Assembly: GCA_964291235.2 (NCBI GenBank)
Contig: OZ219816.1
Coordinates: forward strand, 736,001 to 800,000
Length of the DNA stretch: 64,000 bases
Direction: 5' to 3'
From: Vicinamibacteria bacterium
GTDB lineage: Bacteria; Acidobacteriota; Vicinamibacteria; Marinacidobacterales; Marinacidobacteraceae
The notes below the pieces were generated by a model. That model saw nothing but the letters and a program-made list of their open reading frames with translations, did no database searches and was not told where the DNA came from. Below are positions 1 through 9,103 of this stretch, piece after piece. Both the position numbers and the translations under genes were made by a program. Within the stretch, counting starts at the first letter, position 1. Every line of letters starts with the position of its first letter.

Positions 1-251
1 CGACGGCGATCGGAGGCCTCCCGGAGGTGGTGCTTGACGGAGAAACCGGGCACCTGTTCCCGGTAGGGGAGGTTCGGGGGATGGCGGCGGCCGCGGTACG
101 GCTCCTGACCGACGAACCGGCCCGCCGGGCGATGGGGGAGGCGGGGCGGAACCGGGCGATCACCCACTTTGCCCGCGAGATCGTGATGCCTCGGTACGAG
201 GCTCTCTACGAGCGGGTGATCGCCGGGGCTCCGGCGGTCGCGCCGCGCTGA
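1..251 (+). CDS. GT4 glycosyltransferase (BshA-like), C-terminal part; truncated by window edge
   Basis: GGLPEVVLDGETGHLFP...MGEAGRNRA...YEALY is the typical GT-B/GT4 C-terminus. Confidence 0.8.
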   Translation, partial: TAIGGLPEVVLDGETGHLFPVGEVRGMAAAAVRLLTDEPARRAMGEAGRNRAITHFAREIVMPRYEALYERVIAGAPAVAPR

Positions 252-270
252 TGCCGGTCCGCGGCAGCGG

Positions 271-1260
271 TCACCCCTCGCCGTAGATCCGTTCCCGATA
301 GCCGAGCGCCGCGGGGCGCTCGGCCAGGTAGGCCTGGTCGGCAAGGCTGTCCACCGCGAATTCCGCGGCCCCGCGAGCGAGGGATCGCACCGGCATCGCC
401 AGGGGAACCTCCCGCGCCAGGAAGGCCGTGATTTCCCGGTTCAGGCGGATCCTGGCTGCCGCGCCGAGCTGCTTCTTGAGGTGGCCCGCGAGATGGAGCA
501 GCACGTTGTGGTGGGTTCCGACCGCGGCGGGTTCCGCGAGGCCCGCCAGGAAGCCCGTCCGGTAGGCGGAAAAGGCCGCCGGGGCTCCGCTGGCCCCCGC
601 GAGCCGGTGTCCGAGCTCCCGGGCGGTCTCTTCCGCGTGCGCCATCAGGACCATCTTCCAGCGGGCGTGGAACCCCTGGAGCGCGGCGATCGTCAGCTGG
701 CCGGAACCGAGGGCCCGGAGTTCCGCGCTGGCGAAGACCCGGGTCAGCCAGTGATCCCGGCGGGCCGGGTCGTCGAGGTCCGTTTCACAGATTCGGGGAA
801 TGTCGGGGAGTGCGCCGGCGAGACCGCCGGCGAAGATTCCGGTGCCGTTTTCGGAGACCACGGTTCCCTTCACGTGGAGCTTTACGTCTCCCGTCCCGCA
901 GCTCGGGGAACGCGATTTGAGGACGATCCCGGAGACTCCAGCGTCCCGGAACCGCGCCGCTGCTCCGCTTGCGTATGCCTCCATGAGCGGGGTCAGTTCT
1001 TCGTCCCGCGAGCCAAGGAGCCGGACCCCGGATGCCTCCCGTTCCAGCCGGATTCGGGGCCGGGGGACGCCGAGCCCGATGCCCGTTTCGGGGCACTCGG
1101 AGATCACCTCGAACGCGCGGCCGAGGGCATCGGCGACGTAGTTGCTCCGCCGGTGCCCGCCGTCGTAACGCACGGGCTCCCCCAGCAGACATCCCGACAC
1201 CGCGATCCTCAGACGCGGCGGCGCCGGTGAGCCGCGTTCCACCTCTTGCATCCCGCTCAT
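271..1260 (-). CDS. DUF523 (2-thiouracil desulfurase-like) + DUF1722/YbgA family protein
   Basis: Motifs VSGCLLGEPVRYDGGH, CPE..GLGVPR, LKSRSPSCG; C-terminal FHARWK..LMAH and HHNVLLHLAGHLK. Confidence 0.85.
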   Translation of the reverse strand: MSGMQEVERGSPAPPRLRIAVSGCLLGEPVRYDGGHRRSNYVADALGRAFEVISECPETGIGLGVPRPRIRLEREASGVRLLGSRDEELTPLMEAYASGAAARFRDAGVSGIVLKSRSPSCGTGDVKLHVKGTVVSENGTGIFAGGLAGALPDIPRICETDLDDPARRDHWLTRVFASAELRALGSGQLTIAALQGFHARWKMVLMAHAEETARELGHRLAGASGAPAAFSAYRTGFLAGLAEPAAVGTHHNVLLHLAGHLKKQLGAAARIRLNREITAFLAREVPLAMPVRSLARGAAEFAVDSLADQAYLAERPAALGYRERIYGEG

Positions 1261-1952
1261 CCCCCCGCGAGCCGGCGAGCGTCGGCGAAGACCCGGTGGA
1301 ACATGGGGCGGGTCAGCCGTCCGGTGAAGGTGTTCTGCTGGCTCGGGTGGTAGCTGGCGAGCAGCTCGATCTCGGGAGCGATGGCAGCGCGGGCGCCGTG
1401 ACCGAACTTCGGCGCCGGCGCGGGCGTCTCGCGCCCGATGGCCTTCCAGGTGCGGAGGAACGCGCGGAAGGCGATGGAGCCGAGCGCGACGACCACGCGC
1501 AGCTCGGTTGCTGCCCGGAGTTCCTCCTCCAGGAAGGGCTGGCAGGCGACGAGTTCATCCCGGGTGGGGCGATTCCCGGGTGGAGCGCAGTGGAGAGCGG
1601 CGGTGATCCGGGCTTGCACGAGCCGAAGCCCGTCTTTCGGATCGGGCGAGTGGGGCGCCGACGAGAAGCCGAAGCGATGGAGCGCCTCGTAGAGCCACTC
1701 GCCGGACCGGTCCCCGGTGAACATCCGGCCGGTGCGGTTCGCCCCGTGGGCGGCTGGCGCGAGGCCCACGATCAGCAATCGGAAACCCTCGTCCCCGAAA
1801 GAGGGAACCGGTTGCGCCCAATAGTTCAGCCCGCGATAGCGGCGCGGGGGCTCCCGGGCCACGGCCTCCCGGTGGGCCACCAGACGCGGACAGATCCGGC
1901 ACGCGGCAACGCGTGCGTGGAAGTCGGCGGAGCGGGGCACGGCTGGTCCCAT
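1257..1952 (-). CDS. udgB: Uracil-DNA glycosylase family 5 (UdgB-type, Fe-S)
   Basis: CRICPRL, GLAPAAHGANRTGRMFTGDRSG and YHPSQQNT motifs. Confidence 0.9.
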   Translation of the reverse strand: MGPAVPRSADFHARVAACRICPRLVAHREAVAREPPRRYRGLNYWAQPVPSFGDEGFRLLIVGLAPAAHGANRTGRMFTGDRSGEWLYEALHRFGFSSAPHSPDPKDGLRLVQARITAALHCAPPGNRPTRDELVACQPFLEEELRAATELRVVVALGSIAFRAFLRTWKAIGRETPAPAPKFGHGARAAIAPEIELLASYHPSQQNTFTGRLTRPMFHRVFADARRLAGG

Positions 1953-1993
1953 TGTCGCAGCCCGGCGTGTCGCGAGACGTCATCCGTCAGAAT

Positions 1994-2809
1994 GTGCGGT
2001 CGGAATTTCGTTTGACTCCCGCTACCGCTGACCGCGCCACCCAGGAACGGTTTCTCGAACCCGACGATCCGGGGCGCGCCCGGCTGGCCCTGAGCTGGAT
2101 TCCCCCACATGCATCCGAGGAACCAGTCTGGGTGTTTCTGCACGGGCTCGGGTCCGACCGGAAAGGAGAAAAGGCCCGGCGGTTCCGGGACCATCTCGCC
2201 GGCCGGGGGCCCGGGTTTGTCGCGCTTGACTTCAGCGGCCACGGCGAATCCGGCGGTGACTGCCGGGGACTCTCGTTGACGCGGAACCTCAACGACATCG
2301 GGCGGGTGGCCTCCTTCGTGCGCGAAGAGGTTGCCGCCGCGCCGTTGATTCTGGTCGGCTCTTCCATGGGGGGAATCGCCGCGCTCTGGTACGCCTCCCT
2401 CCATCCCGGCGGCGTCGAACGGGTGTTCGCCATCGCTCCCGCCTTCCTGATGGCGGCCCGGTTCGCGGCGAGCCTGTCTGCCGCCGCCCGGCGGGATTGG
2501 GCCGGGCAGGGGTTCTTGCCAGTTTCTGTCGGAGATCGGAACCTCGAAATCGGCTGGGACATCGTCGCCGACGAGGACGGCTACCGGATGGAGCGGTTGG
2601 CGGAGACGCTGCGTACTCCGGCGCTTCTCATGCACGGGGCGGAAGACATTGTCGTACCGCCCGAGCTGTCTCGCGATTTCGCCGCCAGGTGCCCGGCAGC
2701 CGAACTGTTTGAAATCGAGGATGGCGATCACCGCCTGAGCGAACACCGGGACCTGCTGTTCGAAACCATGTGGACCACCGCGGCGGCGGGAGGCCTCCGG
2801 GCGACCTGA
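1994..2809 (+). CDS. Alpha/beta-fold hydrolase
   Basis: FLHGLGS, DFSGHGES, GSSMGG nucleophile elbow, HGAEDIVVP, DGDHRL; start codon uncertain. Confidence 0.85.
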   Translation: MRSEFRLTPATADRATQERFLEPDDPGRARLALSWIPPHASEEPVWVFLHGLGSDRKGEKARRFRDHLAGRGPGFVALDFSGHGESGGDCRGLSLTRNLNDIGRVASFVREEVAAAPLILVGSSMGGIAALWYASLHPGGVERVFAIAPAFLMAARFAASLSAAARRDWAGQGFLPVSVGDRNLEIGWDIVADEDGYRMERLAETLRTPALLMHGAEDIVVPPELSRDFAARCPAAELFEIEDGDHRLSEHRDLLFETMWTTAAAGGLRAT

Positions 2810-3891
2810 TGTCCGCGTTGTTCATCGCCCTGAGCATCTACGCGGCCGTGCTGGTCGTCGCGTTCGGATTCGGACTGGTGATCGAGCGGGGAGTGCGGGC
2901 ATTTTTCCGGAAGAAGGCGGAAGCGACGCAGACCGACTGGGACGATTGGCTGGCCAGCGAGGGGTTCCACCTGGTGCCCTCCCTGTTGCTGGCGGTGGTC
3001 GCCACCCGGATCCTGATGACGGTGCGGCCGCCGGCCGACTCGGTGGAACCGCTGATCACCACCGGCCTGCAGGTGGTGCTGGTGCTCGCCGCGATCCGCG
3101 TGGGAGTGGACGTGGGCCTCGCCAGCCTCCGCATCCGACAGCAGCGGCTCGGCCACCAGGGCGTTTCGATCCTCCGCAACACGCTCGTCGGAGTAGCCCT
3201 GACCGTGGGGGTGCTCGTCGTCCTGGACCAGCTCGGGATTTCCGTGGCCCCGCTGCTCGCCACTCTGGGCGTCGGGGCGCTTGCCCTCGCCCTCGCGTTG
3301 CAGCCGACCCTCGGGAACATTTTCGCGGGGATCCAGTTGGTCGCTGCCGCGCAGTTCAAGGTGGGCGACTTTCTGCGGATCAACGACGCCGGGGTTGAGG
3401 GCTACGTCACCGACATCGGTTGGCGCACCACCACCCTCCGGACCCTGCTCGACAACTACGTGATCATTCCCAACTCGCAGCTCGCCGATTCGGTGCTCAC
3501 GAATCTGCACACCCCGGACCCCCGGGTTCGGCTCAGCATCGCCGTGGGGGTCCACTACGACACCGATCTGGAGGAAGCGGAACGCATCGCGCGCGAGGTA
3601 ATCCTTGAGGTCCAGAACGACACCGGCGCGGGAGTCTCCGGCTTCAAGGGTGACATCCGCTGGACGGCGTTCGGGGATTCGGCGATCACCTTCGACGCGA
3701 TCCTGCAGGCGCAAAAGCCGCTCGACCGCTTCGATGTCGCCAGTGCCTTCATCAAGCGGCTCCATCGCCGTTACGACGAGGCGGGAATCGAAATCCCGTA
3801 TCCGATTCGGAACCTGTATCTACGTACCGGAGTCGAGGTCACCGGGCCCGGAGGAAGCGGGGCCGCCTCGGCCGGGAACGAGTCGAGCTAG
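2809..3891 (+). CDS. MscS-family mechanosensitive channel
   Basis: TM helices, then LGVGALALALALQPTLGNIFAG, FKVGDFL, VIIPNSQL, AGIEIPYP. Confidence 0.9.
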   Translation: MSALFIALSIYAAVLVVAFGFGLVIERGVRAFFRKKAEATQTDWDDWLASEGFHLVPSLLLAVVATRILMTVRPPADSVEPLITTGLQVVLVLAAIRVGVDVGLASLRIRQQRLGHQGVSILRNTLVGVALTVGVLVVLDQLGISVAPLLATLGVGALALALALQPTLGNIFAGIQLVAAAQFKVGDFLRINDAGVEGYVTDIGWRTTTLRTLLDNYVIIPNSQLADSVLTNLHTPDPRVRLSIAVGVHYDTDLEEAERIAREVILEVQNDTGAGVSGFKGDIRWTAFGDSAITFDAILQAQKPLDRFDVASAFIKRLHRRYDEAGIEIPYPIRNLYLRTGVEVTGPGGSGAASAGNESS

Positions 3892-3938
3892 CAGGGAGGG
3901 CGGATTCCAGCCGCCGGGTCTCATCAGGGAGGTTTTTG

Positions 3939-5693
3939 ATGACAGCAGCGAGTTCCACCGGAAGCGGGGCCGGCCCCCGGGAGGCGTCGGTCCGCTACCA
4001 GCCGGATGAAAGGCCGCCGGAGGCGCTCGCCTTCGGGCTGGGTCTCCAGATGGCGATCCTGCAGATCGCGGGCATTGTCCTCACCCCCGCGATCGTGATC
4101 CGCGCCGCCGGACTCGGCGAGCCGTACCTCTCCTGGGCCGTCTTCGCCGCGCTCATCGTGTGCGGCTTCTCCACCATCCTGCAGGCGAACCGGGTCGGCC
4201 GCTTCGGCGCCGGGCATGTGCTCCTGATGGGCACTTCCGGCGCCTTTATCGCGATTTCGGTTGCCGCGCTACGAGAAGGGGGGCCAGCGCTCCTCGCGGT
4301 GCTGGTCCTCGCTTCCTCGCTGTTCCAGTTCGGGCTCGCCTTCCAACTCACCTGGCTGCGCCGCGTGATTACCCCAACCGTCGCCGGCATCGTGATCATG
4401 CTGATCGCGGCGACGGTGATGCCCATCCTGTTCCCGCTGCTGGGGGATGTTCCCGAGGGCGCCGGAGTCCTGGCGGCGCCTCTGAGTGCCGGGGTGGCGC
4501 TCGCGGTCTTCGCTGGACTCGCGCTCCGGGGAAGGGGAATCCTGCGGCTCTGGGCGCCGATCATTGGGGTTGTCGTCGGATCCACGATCGGAGCCCTGAC
4601 CGGGATCTTCGATTTCGAGCCGGTCAGGAACGCCGGCTGGATCGGCATACCCACCGGATGGCCGGGGCTGGACTTTTCCTTCGGGGCTTCCTTTTGGGCG
4701 CTCCTGCCCGCTTTTGTCTTCGTGACCCTCATCGGCGCCATCGAGACGATCGGAGATGCCATCGCCATCCAGCGGGTCTCCTGGAGGAAGCCCCGGGCGC
4801 CCGACTACCGGGTGGTGGGGGGCGCCGTCGCCGCCGATGGGGTGGGCAACCTGCTCTCCGGGGTGCTGGGGACGGTGCCGAACACGACCTATTCCAACAG
4901 CATTTCGATGACGGAGCTGACCGGGGTGGCTTCGCGCCGGGTGGGTACCTGGATCGGCGTCAGCTTCCTGGGGCTGGCCCTGTTCCCGAAAGTGGCGGCC
5001 CTCTTTCTGGCGATTCCGGGTCCGGTGGTGGGCGCCTTCGGGATCGGCCTGATCGGGATCCTCTTCAGTCTCGGCATGCACCTGGTGGTGAAGGACGGAA
5101 TGAACCTGCAAAAGGCCGTCATCGTGGGTCTCTCCTTCTGGATCGGTACCGGATTCCAGGCCCGGGCCATCTTCCCCGAGGTTCTTGAGGGCTTTTGGGG
5201 GGTTCTGCTCGACAACGGGATGACGGCGGGCGGTCTGATGGCGATCCTGCTGATGGTTTTCCTGAATCTCACCGGAGCGCGGCCGAAGCGACTGCAGGCC
5301 CGCCTCGATATGTCGGCCGGAGCGAAGATCGAGGACTTCCTGAGAGCCGAGGCCGGCCGCCGCCGGTGGGACGAGGGGTCCACCTCCCGCCTCGTTTCCG
5401 CGGGAGAGGAGGCGCTCCTCAGCCTGCTCGAGGAGGGGGTTCCCGACGACGCGGAGGCACGGCAACTGCGTCTCACTGCCCGGACTGGACGGCGATCCGC
5501 GGAGTTGGAGTTCGTCGCGGCCGCCGGCGACCTCAACATCGAGGACCGCATGGCGATGATGGGCGACCGCCCCGAGGTTCCCGACGAGAGCGAGATATCG
5601 CTGCGCCTGTTGAAGCACTACGCGAGTTCGGTACGGCACCAGAAGTACCACGATGTGGACATCGTGACGGTGGAGGTGGAAGGACGGGCCTGA
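3939..5693 (+). CDS. NCS2/NAT xanthine-uracil permease family protein with extra C-terminal soluble domain
   Basis: Multi-TM core with IETIGD, ADGVGN, PNTTYS...LTGVASRRV; ~140-aa hydrophilic tail; GGAGG RBS at 3928-3932. Confidence 0.85.
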   Translation: MTAASSTGSGAGPREASVRYQPDERPPEALAFGLGLQMAILQIAGIVLTPAIVIRAAGLGEPYLSWAVFAALIVCGFSTILQANRVGRFGAGHVLLMGTSGAFIAISVAALREGGPALLAVLVLASSLFQFGLAFQLTWLRRVITPTVAGIVIMLIAATVMPILFPLLGDVPEGAGVLAAPLSAGVALAVFAGLALRGRGILRLWAPIIGVVVGSTIGALTGIFDFEPVRNAGWIGIPTGWPGLDFSFGASFWALLPAFVFVTLIGAIETIGDAIAIQRVSWRKPRAPDYRVVGGAVAADGVGNLLSGVLGTVPNTTYSNSISMTELTGVASRRVGTWIGVSFLGLALFPKVAALFLAIPGPVVGAFGIGLIGILFSLGMHLVVKDGMNLQKAVIVGLSFWIGTGFQARAIFPEVLEGFWGVLLDNGMTAGGLMAILLMVFLNLTGARPKRLQARLDMSAGAKIEDFLRAEAGRRRWDEGSTSRLVSAGEEALLSLLEEGVPDDAEARQLRLTARTGRRSAELEFVAAAGDLNIEDRMAMMGDRPEVPDESEISLRLLKHYASSVRHQKYHDVDIVTVEVEGRA

Positions 5694-5907
5694 TCGGCCC
5701 GTTGCGCAGTGCCCAAGGAATCGCCAACGGTCGCTCCGCCGTCATCGCGATGGCCGCCCTCGGCATCGTTCGGCCTGGCGCCGACGGCCGCAACCGGGGA
5801 GTCCTGAACTCGGGTTTCACCGGCAGGTTTGCCCGCGTGCGTGGTGTACGCTCGCGGGCCGGCCGTGCGGCAGGGTAATGACGCCGCGCGGAGGGGAGGC
5901 GAGTCCC

Positions 5908-8900
5908 ATGTTTGTTCCGTTTGCATCGTTTGGCAGGGCCCGGAGCGGTAGTGCCCAGTCCCTGCTTGTCGCCGCGTTCGTGCTCCTGGCGGCAGCGCCG
6001 GCGGGGGCCCAGACGGCCGAACAGGTCGAATCCATCCTGAACCGGATCGAGTGGCGGAACATCGGCCCGGCGATCATGGGCGGCCGGATCGACGACTTCG
6101 CCGTCGTCGAGTCCGACCCGAAGGTCTTCTGGGTGGCCACCGCCAGCGCGGGCCTCTGGAAGACCGAAAACCACGGCACCACCTGGATCCCCCAGTTCCA
6201 GAGCGAGGCGGTGTCCTCGATCGGCTCGGTCGCGGTAGCCCCCTCGGATCCCTCGGTGGTGTGGGTGGGCACCGGGGAGCCGGCGAACCGGCAGAGCAGC
6301 TCGTGGGGCAACGGGGTTTACGTTTCCACCGACGGCGGCAACACCTGGGACCACAAGGGGCTCGAGGACACGCACCACATCGGCCGGGTCCTGGTGCACC
6401 CGACGGACCCCGGAACCGTGTATGTCGCGGCGATCGGCCATCTCTGGGGCCCGAACGCGGAGCGCGGGGTCTATCGGACCCGGGACGGCGGTGAAACCTG
6501 GGACCGCGTGCTGCACGGCGACGACAACACCGGCGCGGTGGAACTCGCGATGGACCCGGAGAGCCCGGACACCGTGTACGCGGCGCTCTACCAGCGACGC
6601 CGGCGCGCCTACGGATTCGCCGGGGGCGGACCGGGCAGCGGAATCCACCGCACGACCGACGGAGGCGACACCTGGATGAAACTGGCCGGCGGCCTTCCCG
6701 AGGGGGACACCGGCCGGATCGGGCTCAGCGTGTATCGCCGCGATCCCCGGGTCGTTTACGCGATCGTCGAGAACCGGGAAGGCGGGGTCTTCCGTTCCGA
6801 GGACAAGGGGCTCACCTGGGAACGGATGAGCGACACGAATCCTCGTCCGATGTATTACAGCCAGATCCGGATCGATCCCAACAACGACCAGCGCATCTGG
6901 GTTCTCGGGACGCAGATGTACTACTCCCAGGACGGCGGACGGACCTTCGCCACCGACTGGGTCGAGCGCATCCACGTGGACCATCACGCAATGTGGATCG
7001 ATCCCGCCGACTCCAACCACATGCTGCTCGGCAACGACGGGGGGATCCACTTCTCCTGGGACCGGGGACGCACCTGGGACTTCGTGAACACCATCCCGCT
7101 CGCGCAGTTCTACGAGATCGGCCACGACATGAACACGCCGTACATGGTTTACGGCGGGCTCCAGGACAACGGAAGCTGGGCCGGCCCGTCGCGCACCTTC
7201 TTCCGCCAGGGAATCAGCAACGAGGACTGGTTTCGGATCGGCGGTGGCGACGGCTTCTACACGCAGGTCGTCCCGGACGACCCGGACACGGTGTACGTCG
7301 AGTCCCAGAACGGGAACCTGCGCCGGCTGAACCGCCGCACCTCCGAAACCAAACTGATCCGCCCACAGCCGGAAAACGGCGGCGAGCGCTACCGCTTCGA
7401 CTGGAACAGTCCGATCGTGATCTCGCCACACGACCCGAGCACCGTGTACTACGGAGGGAACCGGCTCTTCATTTCACGGAACCGGGGCGACGCCTGGACC
7501 CGCACCGACGACCTCACCAAGCGTCTCGATCGGGACGAGCTTCCCATCATGGACGTTCCGGTGACCGAGGACACGCTCTCGCGTCACGACGGGATCTCAA
7601 GCTTCGGCCAGATCGTGACCATCGCGGCTTCGCCGCTCGAAGAAGGGGTCATCTACGTGGGCGCCGACGACGGAAACCTGCAGCGGAGCCGGGACGGCGG
7701 CGCGACCTGGGACAACCTGACCTCGAACCTGCCGGGTGTCCCCGACCAGACCTACGTGACCCGGCTGATTGCGTCGGCGCACTCCGCGTCACGGGTCTAT
7801 GTCACCCTGGACGGCCACCGGAACGACGACTACGCCACCTACGCCTTCCTGAGCGACGACTACGGGGACAGCTTCCGCTCGATGGGGGCGACGCTGCCGC
7901 CGGAGGCCGCGCTCAACGTGATTCGTGAGCATCATGACAACGAGGATTTCCTGGTGGCGAGCGGTGAGTTCGGCGTTTACGTGACCCTCGACCGGGGCGC
8001 GAACTGGCACCGGGTCGGCGGCCAGATCCCTACCGTGCCGGTGGATGACCTCGCCATCCATCCGCGCGAGAACGACCTGATCCTCGGCACTCACGGCCGG
8101 GGCGTCTGGATCGCCGACGACATCGCTCCGCTCACCACCCTCGACGCGATGGTCTTCGAGAAGGATGTCCACCTGTTCCCGGTGCGCGACGCCGTCGCGT
8201 GGCGCATCTACACCCACAAGGGAAACACGGGCCACAAGTTCTTCATCGCTGAGAATCCGCCGGAGGGCGCGCTGCTCCACATCCATGTGAGGGCGGCCGG
8301 CGAGGCCGAGATCACGGTCAGCGCCGCGGGCGGCGATGCGGTCCGCACCCTGAAGGCCGAGCTTGAGCCGGGGCTCAACCGGGTGAACTGGGACCTCCGC
8401 TACGACTCCCCGGTTCCGGACGGCGGTCAAGGTTTTGGCGGACCGCCGCGGGGGCCGCGCGTGCTTCCGGGCGCCTACACCGTTCGGGTGACGAGCGGCG
8501 AGGCCTCGGCCGAGGGGGCCGTTCAGGTTTCCGAGGATCCCCGCATCCAGATTTCGGATACCGACCGCCGCGCCAACCACGACGCCCTGGTGCGGCTCAC
8601 CGGGATGATCGCCGGCATGACCCAGGCCCACGAGGCGGCCGAGACCACCGCCAAGGAGGCCGCGGGACTCGTGCAGGCATTCGCCAGCGAGCCGGACGGA
8701 GAACTGAAGACGCGCGTCTTCGATTTCCAGGAGGCCGCCGCGGAGGCGGCGAAGAACCTCTCCCGGAACGAGGGGCGCCAGGGACGCGGCGCCTGGCCGC
8801 GGCCGCTCTTCGCCCGCATCGGGGCCGAGGCCCGAAATCTGGATGCCTACACCGAGGCGCCGAGCGCGGAGGTGAGCGCCAGGATTGACTCGCTGGGCGC

Positions 8901-9021
8901 CGAGTACGACGAGCGGATCGCCGCCTGGGAGGCGGTGCGCGGGCAGATAGAGGCTCTGAACGAGTCCCTCCGCGGCGAGGGGCCGCCCCGACTCACGCCC
9001 CGCTCCGGCGGCATGAATTGA
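5908..9021 (+). CDS. Secreted VPS10/BNR-repeat beta-propeller glycosyl hydrolase-like protein
   Basis: Signal peptide, WRNIGPAIMGGRI, many S/T-x-D-G-G-x-T-W Asp-box repeats, GGLQDNGSW. Confidence 0.9.
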   Translation: MFVPFASFGRARSGSAQSLLVAAFVLLAAAPAGAQTAEQVESILNRIEWRNIGPAIMGGRIDDFAVVESDPKVFWVATASAGLWKTENHGTTWIPQFQSEAVSSIGSVAVAPSDPSVVWVGTGEPANRQSSSWGNGVYVSTDGGNTWDHKGLEDTHHIGRVLVHPTDPGTVYVAAIGHLWGPNAERGVYRTRDGGETWDRVLHGDDNTGAVELAMDPESPDTVYAALYQRRRRAYGFAGGGPGSGIHRTTDGGDTWMKLAGGLPEGDTGRIGLSVYRRDPRVVYAIVENREGGVFRSEDKGLTWERMSDTNPRPMYYSQIRIDPNNDQRIWVLGTQMYYSQDGGRTFATDWVERIHVDHHAMWIDPADSNHMLLGNDGGIHFSWDRGRTWDFVNTIPLAQFYEIGHDMNTPYMVYGGLQDNGSWAGPSRTFFRQGISNEDWFRIGGGDGFYTQVVPDDPDTVYVESQNGNLRRLNRRTSETKLIRPQPENGGERYRFDWNSPIVISPHDPSTVYYGGNRLFISRNRGDAWTRTDDLTKRLDRDELPIMDVPVTEDTLSRHDGISSFGQIVTIAASPLEEGVIYVGADDGNLQRSRDGGATWDNLTSNLPGVPDQTYVTRLIASAHSASRVYVTLDGHRNDDYATYAFLSDDYGDSFRSMGATLPPEAALNVIREHHDNEDFLVASGEFGVYVTLDRGANWHRVGGQIPTVPVDDLAIHPRENDLILGTHGRGVWIADDIAPLTTLDAMVFEKDVHLFPVRDAVAWRIYTHKGNTGHKFFIAENPPEGALLHIHVRAAGEAEITVSAAGGDAVRTLKAELEPGLNRVNWDLRYDSPVPDGGQGFGGPPRGPRVLPGAYTVRVTSGEASAEGAVQVSEDPRIQISDTDRRANHDALVRLTGMIAGMTQAHEAAETTAKEAAGLVQAFASEPDGELKTRVFDFQEAAAEAAKNLSRNEGRQGRGAWPRPLFARIGAEARNLDAYTEAPSAEVSARIDSLGAEYDERIAAWEAVRGQIEALNESLRGEGPPRLTPRSGGMN

Positions 9022-9103
9022 AACGCCTCCTTCCTCATGTGGAGCCCTGCGCCGTATGCTCTCCGCTCGCTGACACCCTTCCCACGTCAGGAGGAAACCG
9101 CCC

